Source: the human T2T-CHM13v2.0 reference genome, Homo sapiens
NCBI GenBank assembly: GCA_009914755.4
Contig: CP086569.2
Location: 31,168,001 to 31,232,000, forward strand
Direction: 5' to 3'
DNA: 64,000 nucleotides
Below are positions 1-44,416 of the stretch, piece by piece. The notes beneath the pieces are model-generated. The model saw only the letters and a program-made list of their open reading frames with translations, was not told the DNA's origin and did no database searches. Numbering within the stretch: the first letter of the stretch is position 1; the number at the start of each line of letters is the position of its first letter. Both the position numbers and the translations under genes were made by a program.

Positions 1-1402
<1,402 letters not shown>

Positions 1403-1975
1403 ATATTTTTTAAATGAAAAAAAATTTCAAAGGTACTCTGCTTGGTACAATAATCAAATGTATAAACTGAGGAATAAAACATAACCAGGAAACCTACTTA
1501 TAACTGCATATGGAAAATACAGAGGATAATTTTTTAAATAACATATTTTGAAAGCCTTAACTAGTAATTTGAAGAGTTGGCATTTGAAAGGCCAGTATGA
1601 ATATACCTTCAAAGCAGCAACACAGGTTCCCCATGAGAAAAAGCAAACTCAGGGAAAATAAAACCACAAAGGTTCAATCTCTTCTGACCTTTGAAAGACA
1701 CAGCACAGACAGTGGTCCTTAGCACGAAGAGCAGGAGACCCCTAATTCCGTCACCATGGCGATAGGGCATAAACATTGCTGGGTGAGGGCACAATCCACA
1801 TTGTGAGGTCCAACTGCTGCCAGGAAGACAGGAGTGCTTTTACATAGACCGAAAGGTCATTGAAGGCTCAGAGTTTTGTTTCAAGAACTGAATCCCAAGC
1901 CAAAACGTTATTAGGCTGCGCTTCTTAAAACAAGTTATGAGATGGGAAAACGGGCACCCACAAACATACGTATAC
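1403..1975. repeat. Representative non-Alu, non-AT 'mixed-composition' segment of the DYZ2-type unit (~570 bp, ~40% GC)
   Basis: It lies between the Alu 5' end and the start of the AT-rich run, and it recurs in every unit. It contains the recurring 61-codon minus-strand ORF (1609-1794). Its origin is not recognisable by eye. Confidence 0.6.
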
Positions 1976-30733
<28,758 letters not shown>

Positions 30734-32804
30734 GGACTCCTTTGGAATGGTCTAGTATGCAATGCAATCGACTGGCAGGGAATTAAAAGGAATGTAATCG
30801 AATGGATTGCACTGGAATGCAATGGACTCGAATAGATTGGAAACAGAATGCAAAGGAATGGAATGGAATAGTATGGAATGGAATGGAAAGGAATGGAGTG
30901 GAATAGACTAGAGTAGAATGGAATTTACTCGAAAGCAATGGACTGGAATAGAACTTTCTTGAATGGGCTGGAATGAAACGGAATGGAATGCTGTGCAATC
31001 AAATAGAATGAAAGAGAATCAAATCCAATCGAATGGATTGGAAAGGAATTGACTGAAATGGAATGGACTAGAATGGAAGGCAAAGGAATGGAATCTATAG
31101 GAATGGACTGTAATGGAACGGAATGGAAGGGATTGGAATGGAATCGAATGGAATGGACTGCAATAGAAAGGATTCGAATGGAATGAAAAAGAATTGAATG
31201 GAATAGAACAGAATGGAATCAAATCGAATGAAATGGAATGGAATAGAAAGGATTCGAATGGAATGCAATCGAACGGAATGGAATCGAACGGAATGGAATA
31301 AAATGGAAGAAAACTGGCAAGAAATGGAATCGAAATGAATGGAGTGTTATGGAACGGACTCAAAAGGAATTGAATGTAATAGAATGGAGTGGAGTTGACT
31401 CGAATATAATGGACTGGAATGGAATGAAATCACATGGAATGGGAACGAATGGAATGGAATGGAAAGGAATGGAATCGAATGGAAAGGAATCGAATGGAAG
31501 GGAATGCAATTGAATCAACAGGAATGGAAGGGAATAGAATAGACGGTAATGGAATGGACTCGAATAGAATGGACACGAATGCTCAAATTGAATGGACTCG
31601 AATGGAATGGAAACGAAAGGAATGTCATCGAATGGAATTGAATCGATTGGAATGAAATCGCATAGAATGGAGTGGAATCAAATGGAATTGAATCGAAAGG
31701 AAAGGAAGCGAATGGACTGAAATGAAATGGAATGGAATTGAATGGAAAGTAATGCAATGGAATAGAATGGAACGAAATTTCACGGAATGGAATCAAACTG
31801 AATGGAATCAAATCAATGGAATATAATCAAATGGAATGGAAAGGAATTGAATGGAGTAGATTGGATTGGATGGGATTGGAATGAAATGTACTGGAAAGAA
31901 CTCGAATTTCATGAAACGGAATGGAATGAATTGGAACGGAATGGACTCGAATGGAATGGAATGTCATGGAATGGCATCAAATGGAATGGCATCAAAGGAA
32001 TGGAATCGAATGCAATGGAATGCTATGGAATGGAATGGAATGCATTGGAATGGAATGTCCTCTAATGGAATGGATTCGAGTGGAATGGAATCGAATATAA
32101 TGGAGTTGAATGAAATGGAATTGAAAGGAATGGGACCGAATACAATGGAATATACTGGAATGTAATGTAATGAACTCGAATGTAATTGACTGGAATGGAA
32201 TGTGCATGAATGGAATGTAATCGAATGGAAAGTAATCCAATGGAATAGAATCTAATGCAATAAAATCGACTCAAATAGAATAGAATGTAATGGAATGGAG
32301 TGCAGTGCAATGGAATGGAATGGAATGGAATGCAGTGGAATGGAATGGAATGGAATGCAATGGAATGGAATGTATTAGAATGTAATGAACATTAATGGAA
32401 TGTACTCGAATGGATTCGACTGGAATGGAATGTTCTGGAAGTTTATGGACTCCAATGGAATGGATTCGAAAGGAATGGAATCGAACGGAATGGAATCTAA
32501 TGGAATGGAATTAAATGGAAATGAATCAAATTGAATAGCACGGAATTGAATTGAATGGAATCGAATGCAATGGAATCTAATGAAACAGAAAGGAAAGCAA
32601 TGGAATGGAATGGAATGGGCTGGAATGGAATGGAATCGAAACGAATGGAATGGAATCGAACTAAAGAGACTGGAATGGAATGCACTGGAATGGAAGGGAG
32701 TGTAATGGAAGGTTCTCGAAAAAAATGGAATCGAATGGAATGGAATTGAATGGAACGGAATAGAGTCGAATGGAATTGAATGGAATGGAATGGACTAGAG
32801 TGAA
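30734..32804 (+). repeat. Edge copy of the DYZ1-type unit. It is partial and carries internal deletions of ~90 bp (several small ones) and ~680 bp.
   Basis: Homologous landmarks recur at only 2778 bp offset rather than ~3545 (30783 vs 33561, 31434 vs 34302). The region equivalent to ~35230-35910 of the next unit is absent between 32310 and 32497. Confidence 0.8.
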
Positions 32805-35800
32805 ATGGAATCGAAACACAAGGAATGGACAGGAATAGAATGGTCTCGAATTGAATGGAAACTTATGGAATGGCATCAAACGGAATGGAATGGACAGCCA
32901 CGGAATGGAATGCACTCGAATGCAATGGAGTCGAAACTAATGGACTGGAATAGAATGGACTCGACTGGTACGGACTCCAATGGAATGGAATCGAATGGAA
33001 GGGAATCGAACAGAATGGACTCGAAGGGAAAAGACTGCAATGGAAAGGTCTCGAATGGAATGGAAATTAATGGAATGGAATGGAATCGAATGAAATGGAG
33101 TCAAAAGGAATGGAATCGAATGGCAAGAAATCGAATGTAATGGAATCGCAAGGAATTGATGTGAACGGAACGGAATGGAATGGAATCCAAAGGAATGGAA
33201 TAGAATGGAATGGAATCGAATGGAAAGGACTCGAATGGAAATCACTCGAATAGAATGCAATTTAATAAAATACGATCAAATGTAATGGAATGGAATGGAA
33301 AGGAATCGAAACGAAAGGAATGGAGACAGATGGAATGGAATGGAACAGAGAGCAATGGTATAGAATGGAATGGAATCATCTGGAATGGAATTGAATGGAA
33401 TGGAATAACATGAAATGGAATGGAATGGAATGGAATGCCCTTGAATTAAATGGACTGGAATGGAATGGACTCGAACAGAGTGGAATGGAAAGTGTTGAAA
33501 TAGAATGGAATGGACTCGTTTGGAATGGTCTAGTATGCAATGCAATCGACTGGCAGGGAATCAAAAGGAATGTAATCGAATGGATTGGACTGGAATGCAA
33601 TGGACTCGAATAGATTGGAAAAGGAATGCAAAGGAATGGAATGGAATAGTATGGAATGGAATGGAAAGGAATGGAGTGGAATAGACTAGAGTGGAATGGA
33701 ATGGACTCAAAAGCAATGGACTGGAATGGAAGTTTCTTGAATGGACTGGAATCAAACGGAATGGAATGCAATGCAATCAAATGGCATGGAATAAAATAGA
33801 ATGAAAGAGAATCAAACTGAATTGAATCGAATGGAATCGAATGGATTGGAAAGGAATAGAATGGAATGGAATGGAATTGACACAAATGGAATGGACTAGC
33901 ATGGAATGGATTCGAATGGAAGGCAAAGGAATGGAATCTATTGGAATGGACTGTAATGGAATGGAATGGAAGGGATTGGAATGGACTCGAATGGAATGGA
34001 CTGCAATAGAAAGGATTCGAATGGAATGAAAAAGAATTGAATGGAATAAAACAGAATGGAATCAAATCGAATGAAATGGAATGGAATAGAAAGGAATGGA
34101 ATGAAATGGAATGGAAAGGATTCGAATGGAATGCAATCGAATGGAATGGAATCGAACGGAATGGAATAAAATGGAAGAAAACTGGCAAGAAATGGAATCG
34201 AAATGAATGGAGTGTTATGGAACGGACTCAAAAGGAATTGAATGTAATAGAATGGAGTGGAGTGGACTCGAATATAATGGACTGGAATGGAATGAAATCA
34301 CATGGAATGGGAACGAATGGAATGGAATGGAAAGGAATGGAATCGAATGGAAAGGAATGGAATGGAAGGGAATGAAACTGAATCAACAGGAATGGAAGGG
34401 AGTAGAATAGACGGTAATGGAATGGACTCGAATAGAATGGACACGAATGCACAAATTGAATGGACTCGAATGGAATGGAAACGAAAGGAATGTCATCGAA
34501 TGGAATTGAATCGATTGGAATGAAATCGCATAGAATGGAGTGGAATCAAATGGAATTGAATCGAAAGGAAAGGAAGCGAATGCACTGAAATGGAATGGAA
34601 TGGAATGGAAAGTAATGCAATGGAATAGAATGGAACGAAATTTCACGGAATGGAATCAAACTGAATGGAATCAAATCAATGGAATATAATCAAATGGAAT
34701 GGAAAGGAATTGAATGGAGTAGATGGTATTGGATGGGATTGGAATGAAATGTACTGGAAAGGAATCGAATTTCATGAAACGGAATGGAATGAATTGGAAC
34801 GGAATGGACTCGAATGGAATGGAATGTCATGGAATGGCATCAAATGGAATGGCATCAAAGGGAATGGAATCGAATGCAATGGAATGCTATGGAATGGAAT
34901 GGAATGCATTGGAATGGAATGTCCTCTAATGGAATGGATTCGAGTGGAATGGAATCGAATATAATGGAGTCGAATGAAATGGAATTGAAAGGAATGGGAT
35001 CGAATACAATGGAATATACTGGAATATAACGTAATGAACTCGAATGTAATTGACTGGAATGGAATGTACACGAATGGAATGTAATCGAATGGAAAGTATT
35101 CCAATGGAATAGAATCTAATGCAATAAAATCGACTCAAATGGAATAGAATGCAATGGAATGGAGTGCAGTGCAATGGAATGGAATGGAATGGAATGCAAT
35201 GGAATGGAATGGAATGGAATGGAATGCAATGGGATGGAATGGTATGGAATGGATAGTAATGGACTGGAGTGAAATGGACTGGAAAGGAATGGACTCAAAT
35301 TGAAAGGGTTCGAAAGGAATGGAGTCAAATGGAATGGTCTGGAATGGAATGAACACGAATGTAATGCAATCCAATTGAATGGAATCGAATGGCATGGAAT
35401 ATAAAGAAATGGAATCGAAGAGAATGGAAACAAATGGAATGGAATTGAATGGAATGGAATTGAATGGAATGGGAACGAATGGAGTGAAATTGTATGCAGT
35501 AGAAGAGAATAGAATGGAATGCAAGCGAAAGGAAAGGAATGGATTGGAATGGAATGGAATTCATTGGAATGGAAGGGAATGTAGTGTAATGGACAGGCCT
35601 GGAATAAAGTGGAATGCTACGGTCACGAATGGAATAAAAATGTATGGAATGGAATGCAATGAAACGGAATCGAATGTCAAAGAATGTAATGGAAAACAAA
35701 AAAATGGAATCCAAAATCATTGACTGGAAAGGCTGGGTGTCGAAAGGAATTGACTCCAATGGAATGTAATTGAATGGAATGGAAGTGAATAGAATCGAAC

Positions 35801-36348
35801 TAAATCGAATGGAATGGAATTGATAGGAACGGAATGGAAAGGAATGCAATGATTTTGCATGGAATGGAATCGAATGACATCGAATGGAATGGAATGGAGT
35901 GCAATGGAATGGAATGTATTAGAATGTAATGAACATTAATGGAAAGTACTCGAATGGATTCGACTGGAATGGAATGTTCTGGAAGTGAATGGACTCCAAT
36001 GGAATGGATTCGAAAGGAATGGAATCGAACGGAATGGAATCTAATGGAATGGAATTAAATGGAAATGAATCAAATTGAATAGCACGGAATTGAATTGAAT
36101 GGAATCGAATGCAATGGAATCTAATGAAACGGAAAGGAAAGGAATGGAATGGAATGGAATGGGCTGGAATGGAATGGAATCAAAACGAATGGAATGGAAT
36201 CGAACTCAAGAGACTGGAATGGAATGCACTGGAATGGAAGGGAGTGTAATGGAAGGTTCTCGAAAAAAATGGAATCGAATGGAATGGAATTGAATGGAAC
36301 GGAATAGAGTCGAATGGAATTGAATGGAATGGAATGGACTAGAGTGAA
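32805..36348 (+). repeat. DYZ1-type unit (3544 bp)
   Basis: 'MESNHKEWTG' landmark phase, 32805 to 36349. Confidence 0.85.
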
Positions 36349-39300
36349 ATGGAATCGAACCACAAGGAATGGACAGGAATAGAATGGTCTCGAATTGAAT
36401 GGAATCGTATGGAATGGCATCAAACGGAATGGAATGGACAGCCACGGAATGGAATGCACTCGAATGCAATGGAGTCGAAACTAATGGACTGGAATAGAAT
36501 GGACTCGACTGGTACGGACTCCAATGGAATGGAATCGAATGGAAGGGAATCGAACGGAATGGACTCGAAGGGAAAAGACTGCAATGGAAAGGTCTCGAAT
36601 GGAATGGAAATTAATGGAATGGAATGGAATCGAATGAAATGGAGTCAAAAGGAATGGAATCGAATGGCAAGAAATCGAATGTAATGGAATCGCAAGGAAT
36701 TGATGTGAACGGAACGGAATGGAATGGAATCCAAAGGAATGGAATCGAATGGAAAGGACTCGAATGGAAACCACTCGAATAGAATGCAATTTAATAAAAT
36801 AGGATCAAATGTAATGGAATGGAATGGAAAGGAATCGAAACGAAAGGAATGGAGACAGATGGAATGGAATGGAACAGAGAGCAATGGTATAGAATGGAAT
36901 GGAATCATCTGGAATGGAATTGAATGGAATGGAATAATATGAAATGGAATGGAATGGAATGGAATGCCCTTGAATTAAATGGACTGGAATGGAATGGACT
37001 CGAACAGAGTGGAATGGAAAGTGTTGAAATAGAATGGAATGAACTCCTTTGGAATGGTGTAGTATGCAATGCAATCGACTGGCAGGGAATCAAAAGGAAT
37101 GTAATCGAATGGATTGGACTGGAATGCAATGGACTCGAATAGATTGGAAACGGAATGCAAAGGAATGGAATGGAATAGTATGGAATGGAATGGAAAGGAA
37201 TGGAGTGGAATAGACTAGAGTGGAATGGAATGGACTGGAAAGCAATGGACTGGAATGGAACTTTCTTGAATGGACTGGAATCAAACGGAATGGAATGCAA
37301 TGCAATCAAATGTCACGGAATAAAATAGAATGAAAGAGAATCAAATGGAATTGAATCGAATGGAATCGAATGGATTGGAAAGGAATAGAATGGAATGGAA
37401 TGGAATTGACTCAAATGGAATGGACTAGAATGGAATGGATTCGAATGGAAGGCAAAGGAATGGAATCTATTGGAATGGACTGTAATGGAATGGAATGGAA
37501 GGGATTGGAATGGACTCGAATGGAATGGACTGCAATAGAAAGGAATCGAATGGAATGAAAAAGAATTGAATGGAATAGAACAGAATGGAATCAAATCGAA
37601 TGAAATAGAATGGAATAGAAAGGAATGGAATGAAATGGAATGGAAAGGATTCGAATGGAATGCAATCGAATGGAATGAAATCGAACGGAATGGAATCGAA
37701 CAGAATGGAATAAAATGGAAGAGAACTGGCAAGAAATGGAATCGAAATGAATGGAGTGTTATGGAACGGACTCAAAAGGAATTGAATGTAATAGAATGGA
37801 GTGGAGTGGACTCGAATATAATGGACTGGAATGGAATGAAATCACATGGAATGGGAACGAATGGAATGGAATGGAAAGGAATGGAATGGAATGGAAAGGA
37901 ATCGAATGGAAGGGAATGAAATTGAATCAACAGGAATGGAAGGGAGTAGAGTAGACGGTAATGGAATGGACTCGAATAGAATGGACACGAATGCTCAAAT
38001 TGAATGGACTCGAATGGAATGGAAACGAAAGGAATGTCATCGAATGGAATTGAATCGATTGGAATGAAATCGCATAGAATGGAGTGGAATCAAATGGAAT
38101 TGAATCGAAAGGAAAGGAAGCGAATGGACTGAAATGAAATGGAATGGAATTGAATGGAAAGTAATGCAATGGAATAGAATGGAACGAAATTTCACGGAAT
38201 GGAATCAAACTGAATGGAATCAAATCAATGGAATATAATCAAATGGAATGGAAAGGAATTGAATGAAGTAGATTGGATTGGATGGGATTGGAATGAAATG
38301 TACTGGAAAGGACTCGAATTTCATGAAACGGAATGGAATGAATTGGAACGGAATGGACTCGAATGGAATGGAATGTCATGGAATGGCATCAAACGGAATG
38401 GCATCAAATGGGATGGAATCGAATGCAATGGAATGCTATGGAATGGAATGGAATGCATTGGAATGGAATGTCCTCTAATGGAATGGATTCTAGTGGAATG
38501 GAATCGAATATAATGGAGTCGAATGAAATGGAATTGAAAGGAATGGGATCGAATACAATGGAATAAACTGGAATGTAATGTAAAGAACTCGAATGTAATT
38601 GACTGGAATGGAATGCACATGAATGGAATGTAATCGAATTTAAAGTAATCCAATGGAATAGAATCTAATGCAATAAAATCGGCTCAGATAGGGTAGAATG
38701 TAATGGAATGGAGTGCAGTGCAATGGAATGGAATGGAATGGAATGCAATGGAATGGAATGGAATGGAATGGAATGGAATGGAATGGAATGGAATGGGATG
38801 GAATGGTATGGAATGGATAGTAATGGACTGGAGTGAAATGGACTGGAAAGGAATGGACTCAAATTGAAAGAGCTCGAAAGGAATGGAGTCAAATGGAATG
38901 GTCTGGAATGGAATGAACACGAATGTAATGCAATCCAATAGAATGGAATCGAATGGCATGGAATATAAAGAAATGGAATCGAAGAGAATGGAAACAAATG
39001 GAATGGAATAGAATGGAATGGAATTGAATGGAATGGGAACGAATGGAGTGAAATTGTATGCAGTAGAAGAGAATAGAATGGAATGCAAGCGAAAGGAAAG
39101 GAATGGATTGGAATGGAATGGAATTCATTGGAATGGAAGGGAATGTAGTGTAATGGACAGGCCTGGAATAAAGTGGAATGCTACGGTCTCGAATGGAATA
39201 AAAATGTATGGAATGGAATGCAATGAAACGGAATCGAATGTCATAGAATGTAATGGAATGCAAAAAAATGGACTCCAAATCATTGACTGGAAAGGCTGGG

Positions 39301-39911
39301 TGTCGAAAGGAAATGACTCCAATGGAATGGAATCGAATGGAATGGAAGTGAATAGAATCGAACTAAATCGAATGGAATGGAATTGATAGGAACGGAATGG
39401 AAAGGAATGCAATGATTCTGCATGGAATGGAATCAAATGACATCGAATGGAATGGAATGGAATGCAATGGAATGGAATGTATTAGAATGTAATGAACATT
39501 AATGGAAAGTACTCGAATGGATTCGACTGGAATGGAATGTTCTGGAAGTGAATGGACTCCAATGGAATGGATTCGAAAGGAATGGAATCGAACGGAATGG
39601 AATCTAATGGAATGGAATTAAATGGAAATGAATCAAATTGAATAGCACGGAATTGAATTGAATGGAATCGAATGCAATGGAATCTAATGAAACGGAAAGG
39701 AAAGGAATGGAATGGAATGGAATGGGCTGGAATGGAATGGAATCAAAACGAATGGAATGGAATCGAACTGAAGAGACTGGAATGGAATGCACTGGAATGG
39801 AAGGGAGTGTAATGGAAGGTTCTCGAAAAAAATGGAATCGAATGGAATGGAATTGAATGGAACGGAATAGAGTCGAATGGAATTGAATGGAATGGAATGG
39901 ACTAGAGTGAA
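36349..39911 (+). repeat. DYZ1-type unit (3563 bp)
   Basis: Landmark phase, 36349 to 39912. Confidence 0.85.
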
Positions 39912-42900
39912 ATGGAATCGAACCACAAGGAATGGACAGGAATAGAATGGTCTCGAATTGAATGGAATCGTATGGAATGGCATCAAACGGAATGGAATGG
40001 ACAGCCACGGAATGGAATGCACTCGAATGCAATGGAGTCGAAACTAATGGACTGGAATAGAATGGACTCGACTGGTACGGACTCCAATGGAATGGAATCG
40101 AATGGAAGGGAATCGAACGGAATGGACTCGAAGGGAAAAGACTGCAATGGAAAGGTCTCGAATGGAATGGAAATTAATGGAATGGAATGGAATCGAATGA
40201 AATGGAGTCAAAAGGAATGGAATCGAATGGCAAGAAATCGAATGTAATGGAATCGCAAGGAATTGATGTGAACGGAACGGAATGGAATGGAATCCAAAGG
40301 AATGGAATAGAATGGAATGGAATCGAATGGAAAGGACTCGAATGGAAATCACTCGAATAGAATGCAATTTAATAAAATAGGATCAAATGTAATGGAATGG
40401 AATGGAAAGGAATCGAAACAAAAGGACTGGAGACAGATGGAATGGAATGGAACAGAGAGCAATGGTATAGAATGGAATGGAATCATCTGGAATGGAATTG
40501 AATGGAATGGAATAATATGAAATGGAATGGAATGGAATGGAATGGAATGCCCTTGAATTAAATGGACTGGACTCGAACAGAGTGGAATGGAAAGTGTTCA
40601 GATAGCATAGAATGGACTCCTTCGGAATGGTCTAGTATGCAATGCAATCGACTGGCAGGGAATCAAAAGGAATGTAATCGAATGGATTGGACTGGAATGC
40701 AATGGACTCGAATAGACTGGAAACGGAATGCAAAGGAATGGAATGGAATAGTATGGAATGGAATGGAAAGGAATGGAGTGGAATAGACTAGAGTGGAGTG
40801 GAATGGACTGGAAAGCAATGGACTGGAATGGAACATTCTGGAATGGACTGGAATCAAACCGAATGGAATGCAATGCAATCAAATGTCATGGAATAAAATA
40901 GAATGAAAGAGAATCAAATGGAATTGAATCGAATGGAATCGAATGGATTGGAAAGGATTAGAATGGAATGGAATGGAATTGACTCAAATGGAATGGACTA
41001 GAATGGAATGGATTCGAATGGAAGGCAAAGGAATGGAATCTATTGGAATGGACTGTAACGGAATCGAATGGAAGGGATTGGAATGGACTCGAATGGAATG
41101 GACTGCAATAGAAAGGATTCGAATGGAATGGAAATTAATGGAATGGAATGGAATCGAATGAAATGGAGTCAAAAGGAATGGAATCGAATGGCAAGAAATT
41201 GAATGTAATGGGATCGCAAGGAATTGATGTGAACGGAACGGAATGGAATGGAATCCAAAGGAATGGAATAGAATGGAATGGAATCGAATGGAAAGGACTC
41301 GAATGGAAATCACTCGAATAGAATGCAATTTAATAAAATAGGATCAAATGTAATGGAATGGAATGGAAAGGAATCGAAACGAAAGGAATGGAGACAGATG
41401 GAATGGAATGGAACAGAGAGCAATGGTATAGAATGGAATGGAATCATCTGGAATGGAATTGAATGGAATGGAATAATATGAAATGGAATGGAATGGAATG
41501 GAATGCCCTTGAATTAAATGGACTGGAATGGAATGGACTCGAACAGAGTGGAATGGAAAGTGTTGAAATAGAATGGAATGGACTCCTTTGGAATGGTCTA
41601 GTATGCAATGCAATCGACTGGCAGGGAATCAAAAGGAATGTAATCGAATGGATTGGACTGGAATGCAATGGACTCGAATAGATTGGAAACGGAATGCAAA
41701 GGAAAGGAATGGAATAGTATGGAATGGAATGGAAAGGAATGGAGTGGAATAGACTAGAGTGGAATGGAATGGACTCGAAAGCAATGGACTGGAATGGAAC
41801 TTTCTTGAATGGACTGGAATCAAACGGAATGGAATGCAATGCAATCAAATGGCATGGAATAAAATAGAATGAAAGAGAATCAAATGGAATTGAATCGAAA
41901 GGAATCGAATGGATTGGAAAGGAAGAGAATGGAATGGAATGGAATTGACTAAAATGGAATGGACTAGAATGGAATGGATTCGAATGGAAGGCAAAGGAAT
42001 GGAATCTATTGGAATGGACTGTAATGGAATGGAATGGAAGGGATTGCAATGGACTCGAATGGAATGGACTGCAATAGAAAGGATTCGAATGGAATGAAAA
42101 AGAATTGAATGGAATAGAACAGAATGGAATCAAATCGAATGAAATGGAATGGAATAGAAAGGAATGGAATGAAATGGAATGGAAAGGATTCGAATGGAAT
42201 GCAATCGAATGGAATGCAATCGAACGGAATGGAATCGAAGAGAATGGAATAAAATGGAAGAAAACTGGCAAGAAATGGAATCGAAATGAATGGAGTGTTA
42301 TGGAACGGACTCAAAAGGAATTGAATGTAATAGAATGGAGTGGAGTGGACTCGAATATAATGGACTGGAATGGAATGAAATCACATGGAATGGGAACGAA
42401 TGGAATGGAATGGAAAGGAATGGAATCGAATGGAAAGGAATCGAATGGAAGGGAATGAAATTGAATCAACAGGAATGGAAGGGAGTAGAATAGACGGTAA
42501 TGGAATGGACTCGAATAGAATGGACACGAATGCTCAAATTGAATGGACTCGAGTGGAATGGAAACGAAAGGAATGTCATCGAATGGAATTGAATCGATTG
42601 GAATGAAATCGCATAGAATGGAGTGGAATCAAATGGAATTGAATCGAAAGGAAAGGAAGCGAATGGACTGAAATGAAATGGAATGGAATTGAATGGAAAG
42701 TAATGCAATGGAATAGAATGGAACGAAATTTCACGGAATGGAATCAAACTGAATGGAATCAAATCAATGGAAAATAATCAAATGGAATGGAAAGGAATTG
42801 AATGGAGTAGATTGGATTGGATGGGATTGGAATGAAATGGAATGGAAAGGACTCGAATTTCATGAAACGGAATGGAATGAATTGGAACGGAATGAACTCG

Positions 42901-44416
42901 AATGGAATGGAATGTCATGGAATGGCAACAAATGGAATGGCATCAAAGGGAATGTAATCGAATGCAATGGAATGTTAAGGAATGGAATGGAATGCATTGG
43001 AATGGAATGTCCTCTAATGGAATGGATTCGAGTGGAATGGAATCGAATATAATGGAGTCGAATGAAATGGAATTGAAAGGAATGGGATCGAATACAATGG
43101 AATATACTGGAATGTAACGTAATGAACTCGAATGTAATTGACTGGAATGGAATGTACATGAATGGAATGTAATTGAATGGAAAGTAATCCAACGGAATAG
43201 TATCTAATGCAATAAAATCGACTCAGATAGAGTAGAATGTAATGGAATGGAGTGTAGTGCAATGGAATGGAATGGAATGGAATGGAATGCAATGGAATGG
43301 AATGGAATGGAATGGAATGGGATGGAATGGTATGGAATGGATAGTAATGGACTGGAGAGAAATGGACTGGAAAGCAATGGACTCAAATTGAAAGGGCTCG
43401 AAAGGAATGGAGTCAAGTGCAACGGTCTGGAATAGAATGAACACGAATGTAATGCAATCCAATAGAATGGAATCCAAAGGCATGGAATATAAAGAAATGG
43501 AATCGAAGTGAATGGAAACAAATGGAATGGAATTGAATGGAATGGAATTGAATGGAATGGGAACGAATGGAGTGAAATTGTATGCAGTAGAAGAGAATAG
43601 AATGGAATGCAAGCGAAAGGAAAGGAATGGATTGGAATGGAATGGAATTCATTGGAATGGAAGGGAATGTAGTGTAATGGACAGGCCTGGAATAAAGTGG
43701 AATGCTACGGTCTCGAATGGAATAAAAATGTATGGAATGGAATGCAATGAAACGGAATCGAATGTCATAGAATGTAATGGAATGCAAAAAAATGGACTCC
43801 AAAATCATTGACTGGAAAGGCTGGGTGTCGAAAGGAACTGACTCCAATGGAATGGAATTGAATGGAATGGAAGTGAATAGAATCGAACTAAATCGAATGG
43901 AATGGAATTGATAGGAACGGAATGGAAAGGAATGCAATGATTTGGCATGGAATGGAATCGAATGGCATCGAATTGAATGGAATGGAATGCAATGGAATGT
44001 ATTAGAATGTAATGAACTTTAATGGAATGTACTCGAATGCATTCGACTGGAATGGAATGTTCTGGAAGTGAATGGACTCCAATGGAATGGATTCGAAAGG
44101 AATGGAATCTAATGGAATGGAATTAAATGGAAATGAATCAAATTGAATAGCACGGAATTGAATTGAATGGAATCGAATGCAATGGAATCTAATGAAACGG
44201 AAAGGAAAGGAATGGAATGGAATGGAATGGGCTGGAATGGAATGGAATCGAAACGAATGGATTGGAATCGAACTGAAGAGACTGGAATGGAATGCACTGG
44301 AATGGAAGGGAGTGTAATGGAAGGTTCTCGAAAAAAATGGAATCGAATGGAATGGAAGTGAATGGAACGGAATACAGTCGAATGGAATTCAATGGAATGG
44401 AATGGACTAGAGTGAA
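39912..44416 (+). repeat. DYZ1-type variant unit (4505 bp), equal to a normal unit plus a ~961-bp internal re-entry
   Basis: At ~41121-41131 the sequence jumps back to the equivalent of ~40161-40171, with 'gaatggaatg' microhomology. Landmarks at 40044/40984, 40317/41278 and 40663/41629 appear twice, ~940-966 bp apart. Confidence 0.82.

Noticed and set aside
1609-1794. Recurring 61-aa ORF treated as a conserved gene
   Set aside because: Its conservation tracks satellite homogenisation (the same nucleotide identity as the flanking non-ORF sequence). There are no domain features. It is listed only as a low-interest item for an expression check.
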